Shown: in pieces, positions 25,810-37,830 of the stretch
How positions within the stretch are numbered: the stretch's first letter is position 1
Layout: every line of letters starts with the position of its first letter
NCBI RefSeq assembly: GCF_006345805.1
Contig: NW_021836141.1
Span: forward strand, 1 to 64,000
Direction of reading: 5' to 3'
DNA from: Octopus sinensis
Taxonomy: Eukaryota
Length of the DNA: 64,000 nt
Notes under the pieces: generated by a model
Database searches by the model: none
What the model was told of the DNA's origin: nothing
What the model saw: the letters and a program-made list of their open reading frames with translations, nothing else
Position numbers and translations under genes: made by a program

Positions 25810-25992
25810 CTACTACCCACCCACTACACTCTTGGAGTTGTTGGTGTTAGGAAGAGCATCCAGCTGTAGAAACTCTGCCAGATCAGATTGGAATCTTGTG
25901 CAGCCATCTGGTTCGCCAGTCCTCAGTCAAATTGTCCAACCCATGCTAGCATGGAAAGCGGACGTTAAACGATGATGATGATGATGATGATG
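25810..25992 (+). mobile_element. RTE 3' tail fragment
   Basis: Conserved tail ending gacgttaaacgatgatgat. Confidence 0.85.
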
Positions 25993-26221
25993 TTTATCCT
26001 TACTTTACCTAGATTTGCTCTGCAGTTCATAATTGGTAATTTTATTTAGAATAGTAATTAATTGACAACTATACAAGAAGCAGACTGGATTATGAAAATC
26101 TGCATGGAGCTTTAAACACATCAGCAGCAACCAGACATCTACTTATGTGCATAATTTCTGTTGTAATTAAATATATATAAAAATGTCTTTAGATAACATC
26201 TGAAACAAATGCATTTACAAG

Positions 26222-26830
26222 TTCTGATCAATAAGTATCCGGACTGTCGCCATAGTAATGAAGGTAAAACACACAGAGTGAGGCTGCTTGGCAAAGATTG
26301 ACCCTGAACTCAGCTGTGCATGTGTACTAAGTTTAACATTCTAGCTCACTTCTGCTGTCTGATGCAGTGCTTAGAAGGAAGGTGTGTAGCATGAGATTGT
26401 CACATTGACCATAACAGAGAAAGTTGTCATGGCGATAGCTGCTCAGAGGCCTATGCAAAGTTGCAGGAGTGTATGAGTCACACTCAAGAGTATGGGTGGT
26501 TCAGACATTTACAAGATGGCAGAAAAATGCCAATTTTGGCAAATATCCTGGGAGACCTGCAACCAGCAGAACTGAGAAAAACATTGCAGATGTACATGCA
26601 GCTGTGAAGGGAAATCGTCGGGTCACCATTCGAGAGTTATCAGAGAATGTGCAGATTAGTTATGGTTCAGTTCAGTCCATTATCACTGAAGATTTGAGTA
26701 TGAGATGTGGGCCTGCCAAGTTTGTGCCAAAACTGCTTTCAGCTGACCAAAAAATACTTGGGTTTCAGTTGCACAAGATCTCCTTGATTGTGTTGAGAAC
26801 AATGAAAACTTTTTGAAAACATTGTTGAAC
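26222..26830 (+). mobile_element. Mariner transposon 5' fragment (left TIR plus transposase HTH region)
   Basis: tctgatcaataagtatccggact TIR-like start; PGRPATSRTEKNIADV..NRRVTIRELSENVQISYGSVQSIITEDL..AKFVPKLLS. Confidence 0.85.
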
Positions 26831-26989
26831 AAATGTTGCCAAGCTTATGGAAAAATTTAATGCAGATTCTCTGCTCAACTTTCTCTGTTATAGTCAATGC
26901 AATGATTACACGCTACACACCTTCCTTCCAAGCACTGCTGTAAACAGCGGAAGTGAGTTAGTACATGGTGGTGGTGGTAGTAGCAGTAA

Positions 26990-27040
<51 letters not shown>

Positions 27041-27614
27041 AAGGGCAAACACTAACAACATGTCACTGGATCCACCATTTGTTGGTGATTCCCTACTGCT
27101 CCTGGTGAGTGACATCTTTGCATTGCTCAGGTGACAATCCTCCAACCCTTTGTTTGGTAGTCATTGCTAGTGAGGATTTTATGAGGTCAGAGTGCAAGTC
27201 CTACGTCGACCTCTTACCATGACACACGCAGGGAAATGTTAGGTCTATTTTTTGACATGCCACTCCCCACATCACACTAGAGCAGCATGAAATGAAGTGC
27301 TTTGCTCAAGAACACAAACCACCACCTGGTCTGGGGATCAAATCCATGATCATGGATCATTAGTACAACACCCTAACCACTAAACCATGCATAGGAGTGT
27401 ATATAATTCAAAGAAGCAGTATGTAGGTCACTAATATAAAGAAAGAAGGAGTATAATTCAGTTTATTGACCCCTGAAATTTACCTGAGTTGATTCAGTGG
27501 ATGAAGGAGAACATTTCATGTGTATATGCAAAACATGGGGAAATATAAAACACATCAAATGTAATAGAATTTCTTCTTTTATTCCTATTTTCAGATATTA
27601 TCTGATAGATTTAG

Positions 27615-28030
27615 TATACTCTTTTACTCTTTTACTCTTTTACTTGTTTCAGTCATTTGACTGCGGCCATGCTGGAGCACCGCCTTTAGTCGAGCAAATC
27701 GACCCTGGGACTTATTCTTTGTAAGCCCAGTACTTATTCTATCAGTCTCTTTTGCTGAACCGCTAAGTGACGGAGACGTAAACACACCAGCATCGGTTGT
27801 CAAGCAATGCTAGGGGGACAAACACACACAAACACACACACATACACACACACATATATATATACATATATACGACAGGCTTCTTTCAGTTTCCGTCTAC
27901 CAAATCCACTCACAAGGCATTGATTGGCTCGGGGCTATAGCAGAAGACACTTGCCCAAGATGCCACGCAGTGGGACTGAACCCGGAACCATGTGGTTGGT
28001 TAGCAAGCTACTTACCACACAGCACTCCTG
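27615..28030 (-). mobile_element. SINE family A, full length
   Basis: Reverse complement of the consensus. Confidence 0.9.
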
Positions 28031-28379
28031 TCAAAGACAACAACAAAATTTTCGGTCACAATAGGGGCAGGTATGACTGTATGGTTAAGAAGTTTGTTTC
28101 TCAAAAAGCTTGGATTCAATCCCACGGCATGGCGTCTTCTCTTATAGCCCCAAGTAGCCAAAGCTTTGTCAGTGGATTTGGTGGACAAAAACTGTTTTAT
28201 ATATATACATCATCATCATCATCATCATCATTTAACGTCCGCTTTCCATGCTAGCATGGGTTGGACGGTTCAACTGGGGTCTGGGGAGCCCGAAAGCTGC
28301 ACCAGTCCAGTCAGATCTGGCAGTGTTTCTACAGCTGGATGCCCTTCCTAACGCCAACCACTCCGAGAGTGTAGTGGGT

Positions 28380-30790
28380 GATTTTATGTGCCACTGACAC
28401 AGATGCCAGACGAGGCTGGCAAACGGCCACGCTCGGATGGTGTTTTTATGTGCCACCAACACAGGTGCCAGACGAGGCTGGCAGACGGCCATGCTCGGAT
28501 GGTGTTTTTATGTGCCACCGACATAGGTGCCAGATGAGGCTGGCAAACGGCCACGATCGGATGGTGTTTGTTACGTGCCCACAGCACGGAGGCCAGTCGA
28601 TGCGGTACTGGCTACGGCCACGTTCGGATGGTTTTCTTGTGTGCCACGTGCCACCGGCACTGGTACCACAAAGATACAAATTCCATTGATGTTCATCTAT
28701 TTTGATTTGTTTTGATTTGATTTGATTTTCACTTGCCTCAACAGGTCTTCACAAGTGTCACAAGAAGGAAGGTATGCACAGGTGGACTGACTACGTCCCA
28801 GGTAGGGGCCACAGGTTATGGCCTGACTAGTCTTGCCGGGTCTTCGGATGGTGTTTTTATGTGCCACCGACACAGGTGCCAGATGAGGCTGACGAACGGC
28901 CACGATCGGATGGTGTTTGTTACGTGCCCACAGCACGGAGGCCAGCCGGTGCGGTACTGGCTACGGCCACGTTCGGATGGTTTTCTTGTGTGCCACCGGC
29001 ACTGGTACCACAAGATACAATTCCATTAATGTTCATCTATTTTGATTTGTTTTGATTTGATTTGATTTGATTTGTTTTGATTTCATTTTGATTTTCACTT
29101 GCCTCAACAGGCCTTCACAAGTATCACAAGGAGGAAGGTATGCACAGGTGGACTGACTACGTCCCAGGTAGGGGCCATGGGATATGGCCTGACTAGTCTT
29201 GCCGGGTCTTCGGATGGTGTTTTTATGTGCCACCGACACAGGTGCTAGATGAGGCTGGCGAACGGCCACGATCGGATGGTGTTTGTTATGTGCCCACAGC
29301 ACGATGGCCAGTCGATGCGGTACTGACTACGGCCACGTTCGGATGGATTCTTGTGTGCCACAGGCACTGGTACCACAAAGATACAAATTCCATTGATGTT
29401 CATCTATTTTGATTTGATTTGATTTTCCCTTGCCTCAACAGGTCTTCACAAGTGTCACAAGAAGGAAGGTATGCACAGGTGGACTGACTAGTCTTGCCGG
29501 GTCTTTGGAAGGTGTTTTTATGTGCCACCGACACAGGTGCCAGATGAGGCTGGCGAACGGCCATGATCGGATGGTGTTTGTTACGTGCCCACAGCACGGA
29601 GGCCGGTCGATGCGGAACTGGCTACGGCCACGTTCGGATGGTTCTCTTGTGTGCCACCGGCACTGGTACCACAAACATACAGATTCCATTGATGTTCATC
29701 TATTTTGATTTGTTTTGATTTTGATTTTCACTTGCCTCAACAGGTCTTCACAAGTGTTACAAGAAGGAAGGTATGCACAGGTGGACTGACTACATCCCAG
29801 GTAGGGGCCATGGGTTATGGCCTGACTAGTCTTGCCGGGTCTTCGGATGGTGTTTTTATGTGCCACCGACACAGGTGCTAGATGAGGCTGGTGAACGGCC
29901 ACGATCGGATGGTGTTTGTCATGTGCCCACAGCACGGAGGCCAGTCGATGCGGTACTGGCTACGGCCACTTTCGGATGGTTTTCTCTTGTGTGCCACCGG
30001 CACTGGTACCACAAAGATACAAATTCCATTGATGTTCATCTATTTTGATTTGTTTTGATTTTGATTTTGATTTTCACTTGCCTCAACAGGCCTTCACAAG
30101 TATCACAAGGAGGAAGGTATGCACAGGTGGACTGACTACGTCCCAGGTAGGGGCCATGGGTTATGGCCTGACTAGTCTTGCCGGGTCTTCGGATGGTGTT
30201 TTTATGTGCCACCGACACAGGTGCTAGATGAGGCTGGCGAACGGCCACGATCGGATGGTGTTGTTATGTGCCCACAGCACGATGGCCAGTGATGCGGTAC
30301 TGACTATGGCCACGTTCGGATGGATTCTTGTGTGCCACCGGCACTGGTACCACAAAGATACAAATTCCATTGATGTTCATCTATTTTGATTGTTTTGATT
30401 TTCACTTGCCTCAACAGGTCTTCACAAGTGTCACAAGAAGGAAGGTATGTACAGGTGGACTGACTACGTCCCAGGTAGGGGCCACGGGTTATGACCTGAC
30501 TAGTCTTGCCGGGTCTTCGGATGGTGTTTTTATGTGCTACCATGTTCCCACAGCACGGAGGCCAGTCAATGCGGTACTGGCTACGGCCACGTTCGGATGG
30601 TTTTCTTGTGTGCCACAGGCACTGGTACCACAAAGATACAAATTCCATTGATGTTCATCTATTTTGATTGATTTTCACTTGCCTCAGCAGGTCTTCACAA
30701 GTGTCACAAGAAGGAAGGTATGCACAGGTGGATCGACTATGTCCCAGGTAGGGGCCACGGGATATGGCCTGACTAGTCCTGCCGGGTCCT
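28380..30790 (-). repeat. Tandem array of ~340-bp RTE 3' UTR units
   Basis: Marker ttccatt(g/a)atgttcatctattttgat starts at 28681, 29021, 29388, 29684, 30024, 30365 and 30643 (spacings 340, 367, 296, 340, 341, 278). Confidence 0.95.
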
Positions 30791-33700
30791 CTCATGCACA
30801 GCACACTTCCATAGGACTCGGTCTTCAGTCATTTCCTTGGTGAGACCTAAAGTTCGAAGGTCGTGCTTCACCACCTCGTCCCAGGTTTTCCTGGGTCTAC
30901 CTCTTCCACAGGTTCCCTCAACTGCTAGGGTGTAGCACTTTTGCACACAACTATCTTCAGCCATTCTCGTCACATGACCATACCAGCGCAGCCGTCTCTC
31001 TTGCACACCACAACTGACACTTCTTAGGTTCTCAAAGTACTTACACTCTGACGATTATGAACACTGACATTACACATCCATCGGAGCATACTGGCTTCAT
31101 TTCTTGCAAGCTTACGCATATCCTCAGCAGTCACGGCCCATGTTTCACTACCATGTAGCATGGCTGTACGTACACACGCATCATATAGTCTGCCTTTTAC
31201 TCTTAGCGAGAGGCCTTTTGTCACCAGCAGGGGTAAGAGCTCTCTAAACTTTGCCCAGGCTATTCTTACTCTAGCAGTTACACTTTCAGCACACCCACCC
31301 CTGCTACTGACTTGGTCTCCTAGGTAGCGGAAGCTATCAACTACTTCTAGTTTGTCTCCCTGGAACGTGGTAGAAGTTGGTCTCTGCACATTTCCAGTGT
31401 TTATTGCTCCTGAGCATCTGCCACAGACAAAAACTATTTTCTTAGTTAGCCTTCCTTTGACATTGCTGCACCTCTTATGTGTCCATAGCTTACACTTGGT
31501 GCACCTTATAGAGTTTCTACCTACACCTTTTTTACAGATCGAGCAGGGCCATCTACCTGAAGTCGTTTGTGATTGGTCCACCTTCCTACTTATTAGGACT
31601 TTGGTTTTGGCTAGGTTGATTCTAAGGCCCTTCGATTCTAATCCTTGTTTCCACACCTGAAACTTCTCCTCCAGTTCTGATAGTGACTCAGCAATTAGAG
31701 CAAGGTCATCAGCATAGAGGAGCTCCCAGGGGCATCCTGTCTTGAATTCCTCCGTTATTGCCTGGAGGACTATGATAAATAGGAGGGGACTGAGGACTGA
31801 ACCTTGGTGGACCCCAACCTCTACCCGGAATTCTTCACTGTACTCGTTGCCACCCTCACCTTACTAGCAGCGTCTCTGTACATGGCTCGCACAGCTCTCA
31901 CTAACCATTCATCTATCCCTAGTTTCCTCATTGACCACCAGATAAGGGATCGGGGGACCCTGTCAAAGGCTTTCTCCAAGTCAACAAAAGCCAGATACAA
32001 GGGCTTATCTTTGGCTAGGTATTTCTCCTGCAGCTGTCTTACCAGGAATATAGCATCAGTAGTACTTTTCCCTGGCACGAACCCAAACTGCATATCATCT
32101 AAGCTAACTCTCTCTCTAATTAATTGGGCTATAACCCTCTCCGTAACCTTCATTACCTGATCCAGCAGCTTGATGCCCCTGTAGTTATTTGTATCTAGGG
32201 CGTCGCCTTTACCTTTGTAGCAGTTGACTATTATGCTGCTACACCAGTCATTGGGTATGACTCCTTCGTGTATCACCTGGTTTACTATACGGGTGACTAA
32301 GCTATAGCCGACACTACCAGATATTTTGAGCATCTCTGCAGTAATTCCTGATGGGCCTGGGGCTTTTCTGTTTTCATGCTTCTAATTGCCTTATCTACTA
32401 AGGAACTGTTAACTCGGATTGCTGGTCCCTCTGTTGGGTCGACATTCGGGAGACTCTCTTTATCCCATTCATTTTCCTCATTCAGCAACCTTTCATAGTG
32501 GCATCTCCAAGCCTCTCTCTTTGCATCCTCATTTAGCACAAGTGAACCGTCATCCTTGCGAACACATTTCTCTCCTACCACGTCACGATTCTCTCTCACA
32601 CACTGTCTTGCAACACGAAATACCTCAAGTCTTTCATCCTCACGGCGCAGGACATTGGCAAATTTTTCTTTATCTGCCTCCCCTCTGGCTAGATAGACCT
32701 GTCTCCTAGCTTCCCTTCTGGCAGTCTGATACACTTCCCTGCTACCACCGTTCTTCCAGGCCTTCCAAGCCTGTTTCTTTTGTCTAATAGCCCTGTCAAC
32801 AATATTGTTCCACCACCACGTTATTTTGGGTCTTAAGGGGACTTTGCACCAGCCACAGATCTGGTCAGCGGCTTTCAGCAGGTTGTCCCTCAGAAACGTC
32901 CAGTTGTCTTCTACCCCATGCGTAGCTATACCCCCTTCCACTTCATCAAAGGCTTCAAGTAACATATCTCTAAATCTCTGTCCATTCACAGGGTCTTTTA
33001 GCTTCCAGACCCTTCTTCTCCATGTTGGTCGTCTTCTAGTCGCCCTCTTAGTCCTGATCCTAAAGTCACTAACTACCAGTCTATGTTGTGGGGTGCATTC
33101 TTCGCCTGGGAAGGTTTTGGCATTTATAAGCAGCCATCTTTCCCTTTTTCTGGCAAGGATGTAGTCAATCTGGCTGGTGTGTCTGCCAGAACGGTAGGTG
33201 ACTAGGTGAGAGGTGGGTTTCCTGAAGTTGGTATTGCAGACCATAAGGTCATTTGCATTGCAGAACTCCAGCAGCCTGGTTCCCTCCTCGTTGCGGGAAC
33301 CATAACCGTAGCCTCCATGTACGCCATGGAAGCCCCCAGCATGTCGTCCAACATGCCCATTGAAATCACCAGCCACAAAGAGAAGGCCCCTGTCGTTCGT
33401 CAATGAGGTGGTCTGCAGTAGGGTGTCATAGAAACTGTCTTTCTGTCCATCGGGTAGCCCTGGCTGAGGGGCATAGGCCGATATAATGGTTGCTAATCTA
33501 TTATGAAGCACTATTCTAATCTTAAGTATTCTGTCACTTACTCTGATTACCTCAATTACTCTATCTACCCATTTCTCAGTGATAAGTATACCCACGCCAC
33601 CAACCCGTCAGTGTTCCCTGCCCAGAAAATCTTGTACCTGTGTTCCTTGCCTGTGAGGAACCTAGCAGATCCTCCTCTCCACCTTATTTCTTGCATGCAA

Positions 33701-33882
33701 CATACATCAACCCATCTCCGTTCAAGCATCTCAACTATCTCGCCAGATCTACCTTTCAGTGTGCCAACGTTGAGGGTGCCCACCCTGAAGGAGTGGAAGG
33801 TATGGACCCGAGAGGTCCAGGGACGGGGAGCAGTGGCGTCATGTACCTGAAAAGAAGAAAGCTCGCATTTGGCAGAATTCAT
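30773..33882 (-). pseudogene. RTE ORF (AP endonuclease, reverse transcriptase, PHD insert), frameshifted as assembled
   Basis: VGTLNVGTL, MQEIRW, VAGDFNGHVG, SQIDYIL; FVDLEKAFDRVPR, GVHQGSVLSPLLF, LYADDL, FRYLG; frameshifts near 33590, 32320, 31845 and 31030. Confidence 0.93.
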
Positions 33883-34435
33883 AAGCAAAGCAATGATCTT
33901 AAGTTCAACCTGTTACACTACACTATCATGTTTTGCGCCGTATTTTCACCACCTTATATAGAAGGGGTGGTATTGGCTTAAGGCCTTTAGGTGTTCATGG
34001 AAGAAAAGTAAAGGAAGACAAGCTGAGATAAGGACTTCCGTACAGGTGGAGAGGGCGGTGCACCGCTCACTGGGAAAGATGAGATTTGACGGCAGAAGAT
34101 TTGAGACGAATGTTTTGCCATCGTGTGAATAAGTTTCAATGAGTGAAAGTTGGGAAAGATGGGGTAGTGATAAGCGACAGAAAGACCAGATTGAGGAATG
34201 CTTCAGCTAGCATTTAAGACGAAAGACAACGATAAGGCTTGATGGTGATAATAATACTTAGCTAGCATTTGAGACGAAAGACAACGATAAGGCTTGATGG
34301 TGATAATAATACTTGCAAAAAAACAATGAAAGGAGCAAACAGGTCGGAAACTTAAATATATATCTTAGCTGATATTTCTCATCCTGAGGTTCGTGTTTCG
34401 TGTGTTACAGCCAGGAGAAAAGGAATATATATATC

Positions 34436-34950
34436 ATTATCATCATCGTTTAACATCCGCTTTCCATGCTGGCATGGGTTGGACAGTTTGACTGAGGATT
34501 GCCGAACCAGATGGCTGCACCAGGCTCCAATCTGATCTGGCAGAGTTTCTACAGCTGGATGCCGTTCCTAATGCCAACCACTCCGAGAGTGTAGTGGGTG
34601 CTTTTACATGCTTTTTACATGCGTGAGGGCCAGTCAGACGTTACTGGCAACGGCCACACTCGAATGGTGTTTTTTTACAAGCCACCTGCACAGGAACCAG
34701 TTCAGCAGCACGGGCAATGACCTTGCTCGAATGTTGTTTTTCCCATGCCAGTAAGACGATGCTGGTAACGATCATGCTCAAATGGTGCTTTTTACATGCC
34801 ACTGGCATGGGAGCATCAGCAACCCTGGCAACAATCACGCCTGGATGGTGCTCTTAACATTCCACTAGCACAGATGCCAGTCAGGCGGTGCTGTCATCGG
34901 CCACGTCAGCGAATTTGATTTTGATTTCACTTGCCTCAACAGGTCTACAC
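34436..34950 (-). mobile_element. Older RTE 3' UTR/tail with about five degenerate subrepeats
   Basis: (cat)n tail, ggatgccgttcctaatgccaacc, repeated ggtgctttttacatgccac, ends in ttgattttcacttgcctcaacaggtc. Confidence 0.85.
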
Positions 34951-35388
34951 TTAACATACATATATATATACAATATTTTCTTAGTGGTCAGACCATATGG
35001 GGGTCTACCTCTAGAATAATGGATGTTCACTTAGTGGTCAGCCCTCTTATATGTATGTAATATGCATATATATGTATGTATATGTTTGCGTGCATGCGTG
35101 TGTGTTTGGTGTGTGTGTGTGTGTGTTGTGAGGGGATGTATGTTTGTGTTTCTTTGTTTTGACATCATGTGATTGTTGTATATGAATGTCATTCATTTCC
35201 AGTTTTCTACAAAAACATGTCTGGCCAAAAGAGAGACTATTATTTTGCTTGCAAACAGGTAAAGATTGCGAACAGGAAGGTCATGTGACCACAAAAGATT
35301 CACTTCAATAAACTCCACTCAACCCATGCAAGCACTGAAAAATGGATGTTAAATTATGAAGATCATGAGGATAATGATAATGATGATA

Positions 35389-35425
<37 letters not shown>

Positions 35426-35804
35426 CAACGATGATGATGCTTAATCTAGGATTGAAAATCTCCATTCAATCTGGTTGTATGGAATGAATCTGCCAACACA
35501 GTTGATTTTTCTTCAAGTTCACAATTGAGCCAAAAGGCTAAATTCATTTGTCTTATATTTCATCTTAGTTAATGTAGTATTATTAAATCTTTACTATCTA
35601 CTTAAAGAATATTAAATGTTTATTTCTTGTGCATTTACAAACAGCAAATAATAATTCTCTCTAGGCTATGCATTTTTCTGGATGTACAGGCCTGACATAT
35701 CAAAAAGAACATTTTATTTTCTTAGAGTTTACAGAATGGAAATTAGATGAAACATGATATGATTTTAATAATGTATATTTAAAACATCTGGCACAAATTT
35801 CAGA

Positions 35805-36765
35805 AATGGCTGTGTGGTAAGTAGCTTGCTTACCAATCACATGGATCCGGGTTCAGTCCCACTGCATGGCATCTTGGGCCAGTGTCTTCTACTATAGCCT
35901 TGAGCTGCTCAAAGCCTTATGAGTGGATTTCATAGACAGAAGCTGAATATATATATCATCATCATCATCATTGTTTAACATCTGCTTTCCATGCTTGCAT
36001 GGGTTGGACAGTTTGACTGAGGACTGGTGAAACAGAGGCTACACCAGGCTCAATCTGATCTAGCAAAGTTTCTACAGATGGATCGGTAAATTCGCCACAA
36101 TAGAAACAAGGTTCAAGTCAACGGAGCGTGCAAGGGAGTACTCGACTCAAACCTTGCAAAGTGGAAATATTTTATTTTTACCTTTATATCTGGGACATAG
36201 GACGTCCCAGATAAAAATGTAACATGTCCCCCCAGAAGTAGAGGTAGGCTGGATTGTAGCCACACTTCTATACAAGAGGGAGGACAAGATACAATTGATT
36301 GAAATTGCAAGAGACGGGCCTACAATTCCAGTCTGTTATATATTTTGAGTATTGTTATCACTAGCGATATCAAGATATAACTTTGTATTTTGTATTTTAT
36401 GTGTAGATGTATATATATAGATGTACATGTAATATGTACACATATATACATGCACTAGCACTATGACCCGGCAACGACGGGTCATAATGCTAGTACATAT
36501 ATATATATGTATACATATATATTTATTTATGTATGTATATGCATGTTGTGTGTTTGTGTGTCTGTGTTCCCCCCTCCCAACAACCGATGCTGGTGTGTCC
36601 ACATCCCCGTAACTTAGTGGTTCGGCAAAAGAGACTGATAGAATAAGTACTAGGCTTACAAAGAATAAGTCCTGGAGTCGATTTGCTCAACTAAAGGCGG
36701 TGATCCAGCATGGCCACAGTCAAATGACTGAAACAATTAAAAGAGTAAAAGAGTAATAGAGTACC
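35805..36765 (+). mobile_element. SINE family A interrupted by an RTE tail (35958-36082) and an unrelated insert (36083-36494)
   Basis: 5' half at 35805-35945, 3' half at 36500-36765. Confidence 0.8.
36454..36494. repeat. 41-bp near-perfect palindrome resembling a Helitron 3' terminus in both orientations
   Basis: ACTAGCA-c-TATGACCCG-gcaacga-CGGGTCATA-a-TGCTAGT. Confidence 0.7.
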
Positions 36766-37206
36766 CACAGACACATTACCCAACGTGTCTTTTTATAAGA
36801 CATTGGGTATGGTTTGGGGACAAGTTGTCTTCTATCTCTAGGAAGTTAAATGACTATGTAGAGGCCGGCCCTCTCTTTAGCTATGCATGTATTTGGGAGA
36901 GGAGGAAAAGATGTTACATAAATAAAGAGAAAAGAACAGAATCACATCCAATCCCTTTATAGAGGCAGCTGAGCTGAGAGGATTTTGACTGAATTTAATG
37001 CAAACAAGAATATTGATTATTGAATTGTTTACTAATAGATTGTTATATATATTTTGATTCTGAGCAATTCATAGGAAACATAATTCAAAACTTTATTATT
37101 GTTTAGCTCCAGGTCAGTCTAGACTTGAGTTGGTCAATGATCAAAGGCATTCTTGCTATAATTTTCTTAATATTTTTCCTAGGCATAGTTCATCCAGGAA
37201 CACATC

Positions 37207-37268
<62 letters not shown>

Positions 37269-37830
37269 TTAATGTCCACTTTCCATGCTGGCATTTTTTT
37301 TCCTAGGCTTAGTTCATTCAGGAACACATCATCATCATCATCATCATCATCGTTTAACGTCCATTTTCTGCGCTAGCACGGGTTGGACGGTTCGACCGGG
37401 GTCTGGGGAGCCAGGGGCTGCTCCAGGCTCCAGTCTGATCTGGCAGTGTTTCTACAGCTGGATGCCCTTCCTAACGCCAACCACTCCGCGAGTGTAGTGG
37501 GTGCTTTTTACGTGCCACCTGCACAGGTGCCAGAGGGGTCTGGCATCAGCCACGATCGGTTGGTGCTTTTTATGTGCTTTTTATCATCATCATTATTTAA
37601 TGTCCATTTTCCAAGCTGGCATGGGTTGGATGGCTTGACTAAGAACTGGTAAGCCGAGGAGCTACACCATGTTCCAGTCTGATTTGGCATGGTTTCTACA
37701 GCTGGATGCCCTTCCTAATGCCAACCACTCCAAGAGTGTAGTGGGTGCTTTATATGTGCCACCAGCCCGGGTGCCAGTCATGCAACACCAGCATCGGCCA
37801 TGACAATGATGTCACTTGGCTTGACAGGTC
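37207..37830 (-). mobile_element. Cluster of three stacked RTE tail fragments
   Basis: (cat)n tails at ~37208, ~37330 and ~37583, each followed by tttaa(t/c)gtcca(c/t)ttt. Confidence 0.85.

Larger units (their letters stand above)
28209..34424 (-). mobile_element. Near full-length RTE-clade LINE (APE-RT), inserted in (TA)n
   Basis: ~0.55-kb 5' region, single APE-RT ORF at 33882-30773, expanded 3' UTR, (GAT)n tail at 28209-28231; TA runs on both flanks; 5' boundary inferred. Confidence 0.9.

Noticed and set aside
28380-30790. CRISPR-like or retrozyme-like reading of the 340-bp array
   Set aside because: Units are whole-length duplicates without unique spacers, there are no cas genes in this eukaryotic context, and no CUGANGA/GAAA core was found on either strand.
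34330-34430. HDV-like ribozyme at the RTE 5' end (known for some RTE elements)
   Set aside because: I could not thread the nested double pseudoknot by eye; an Infernal/RNArobo search would be needed.
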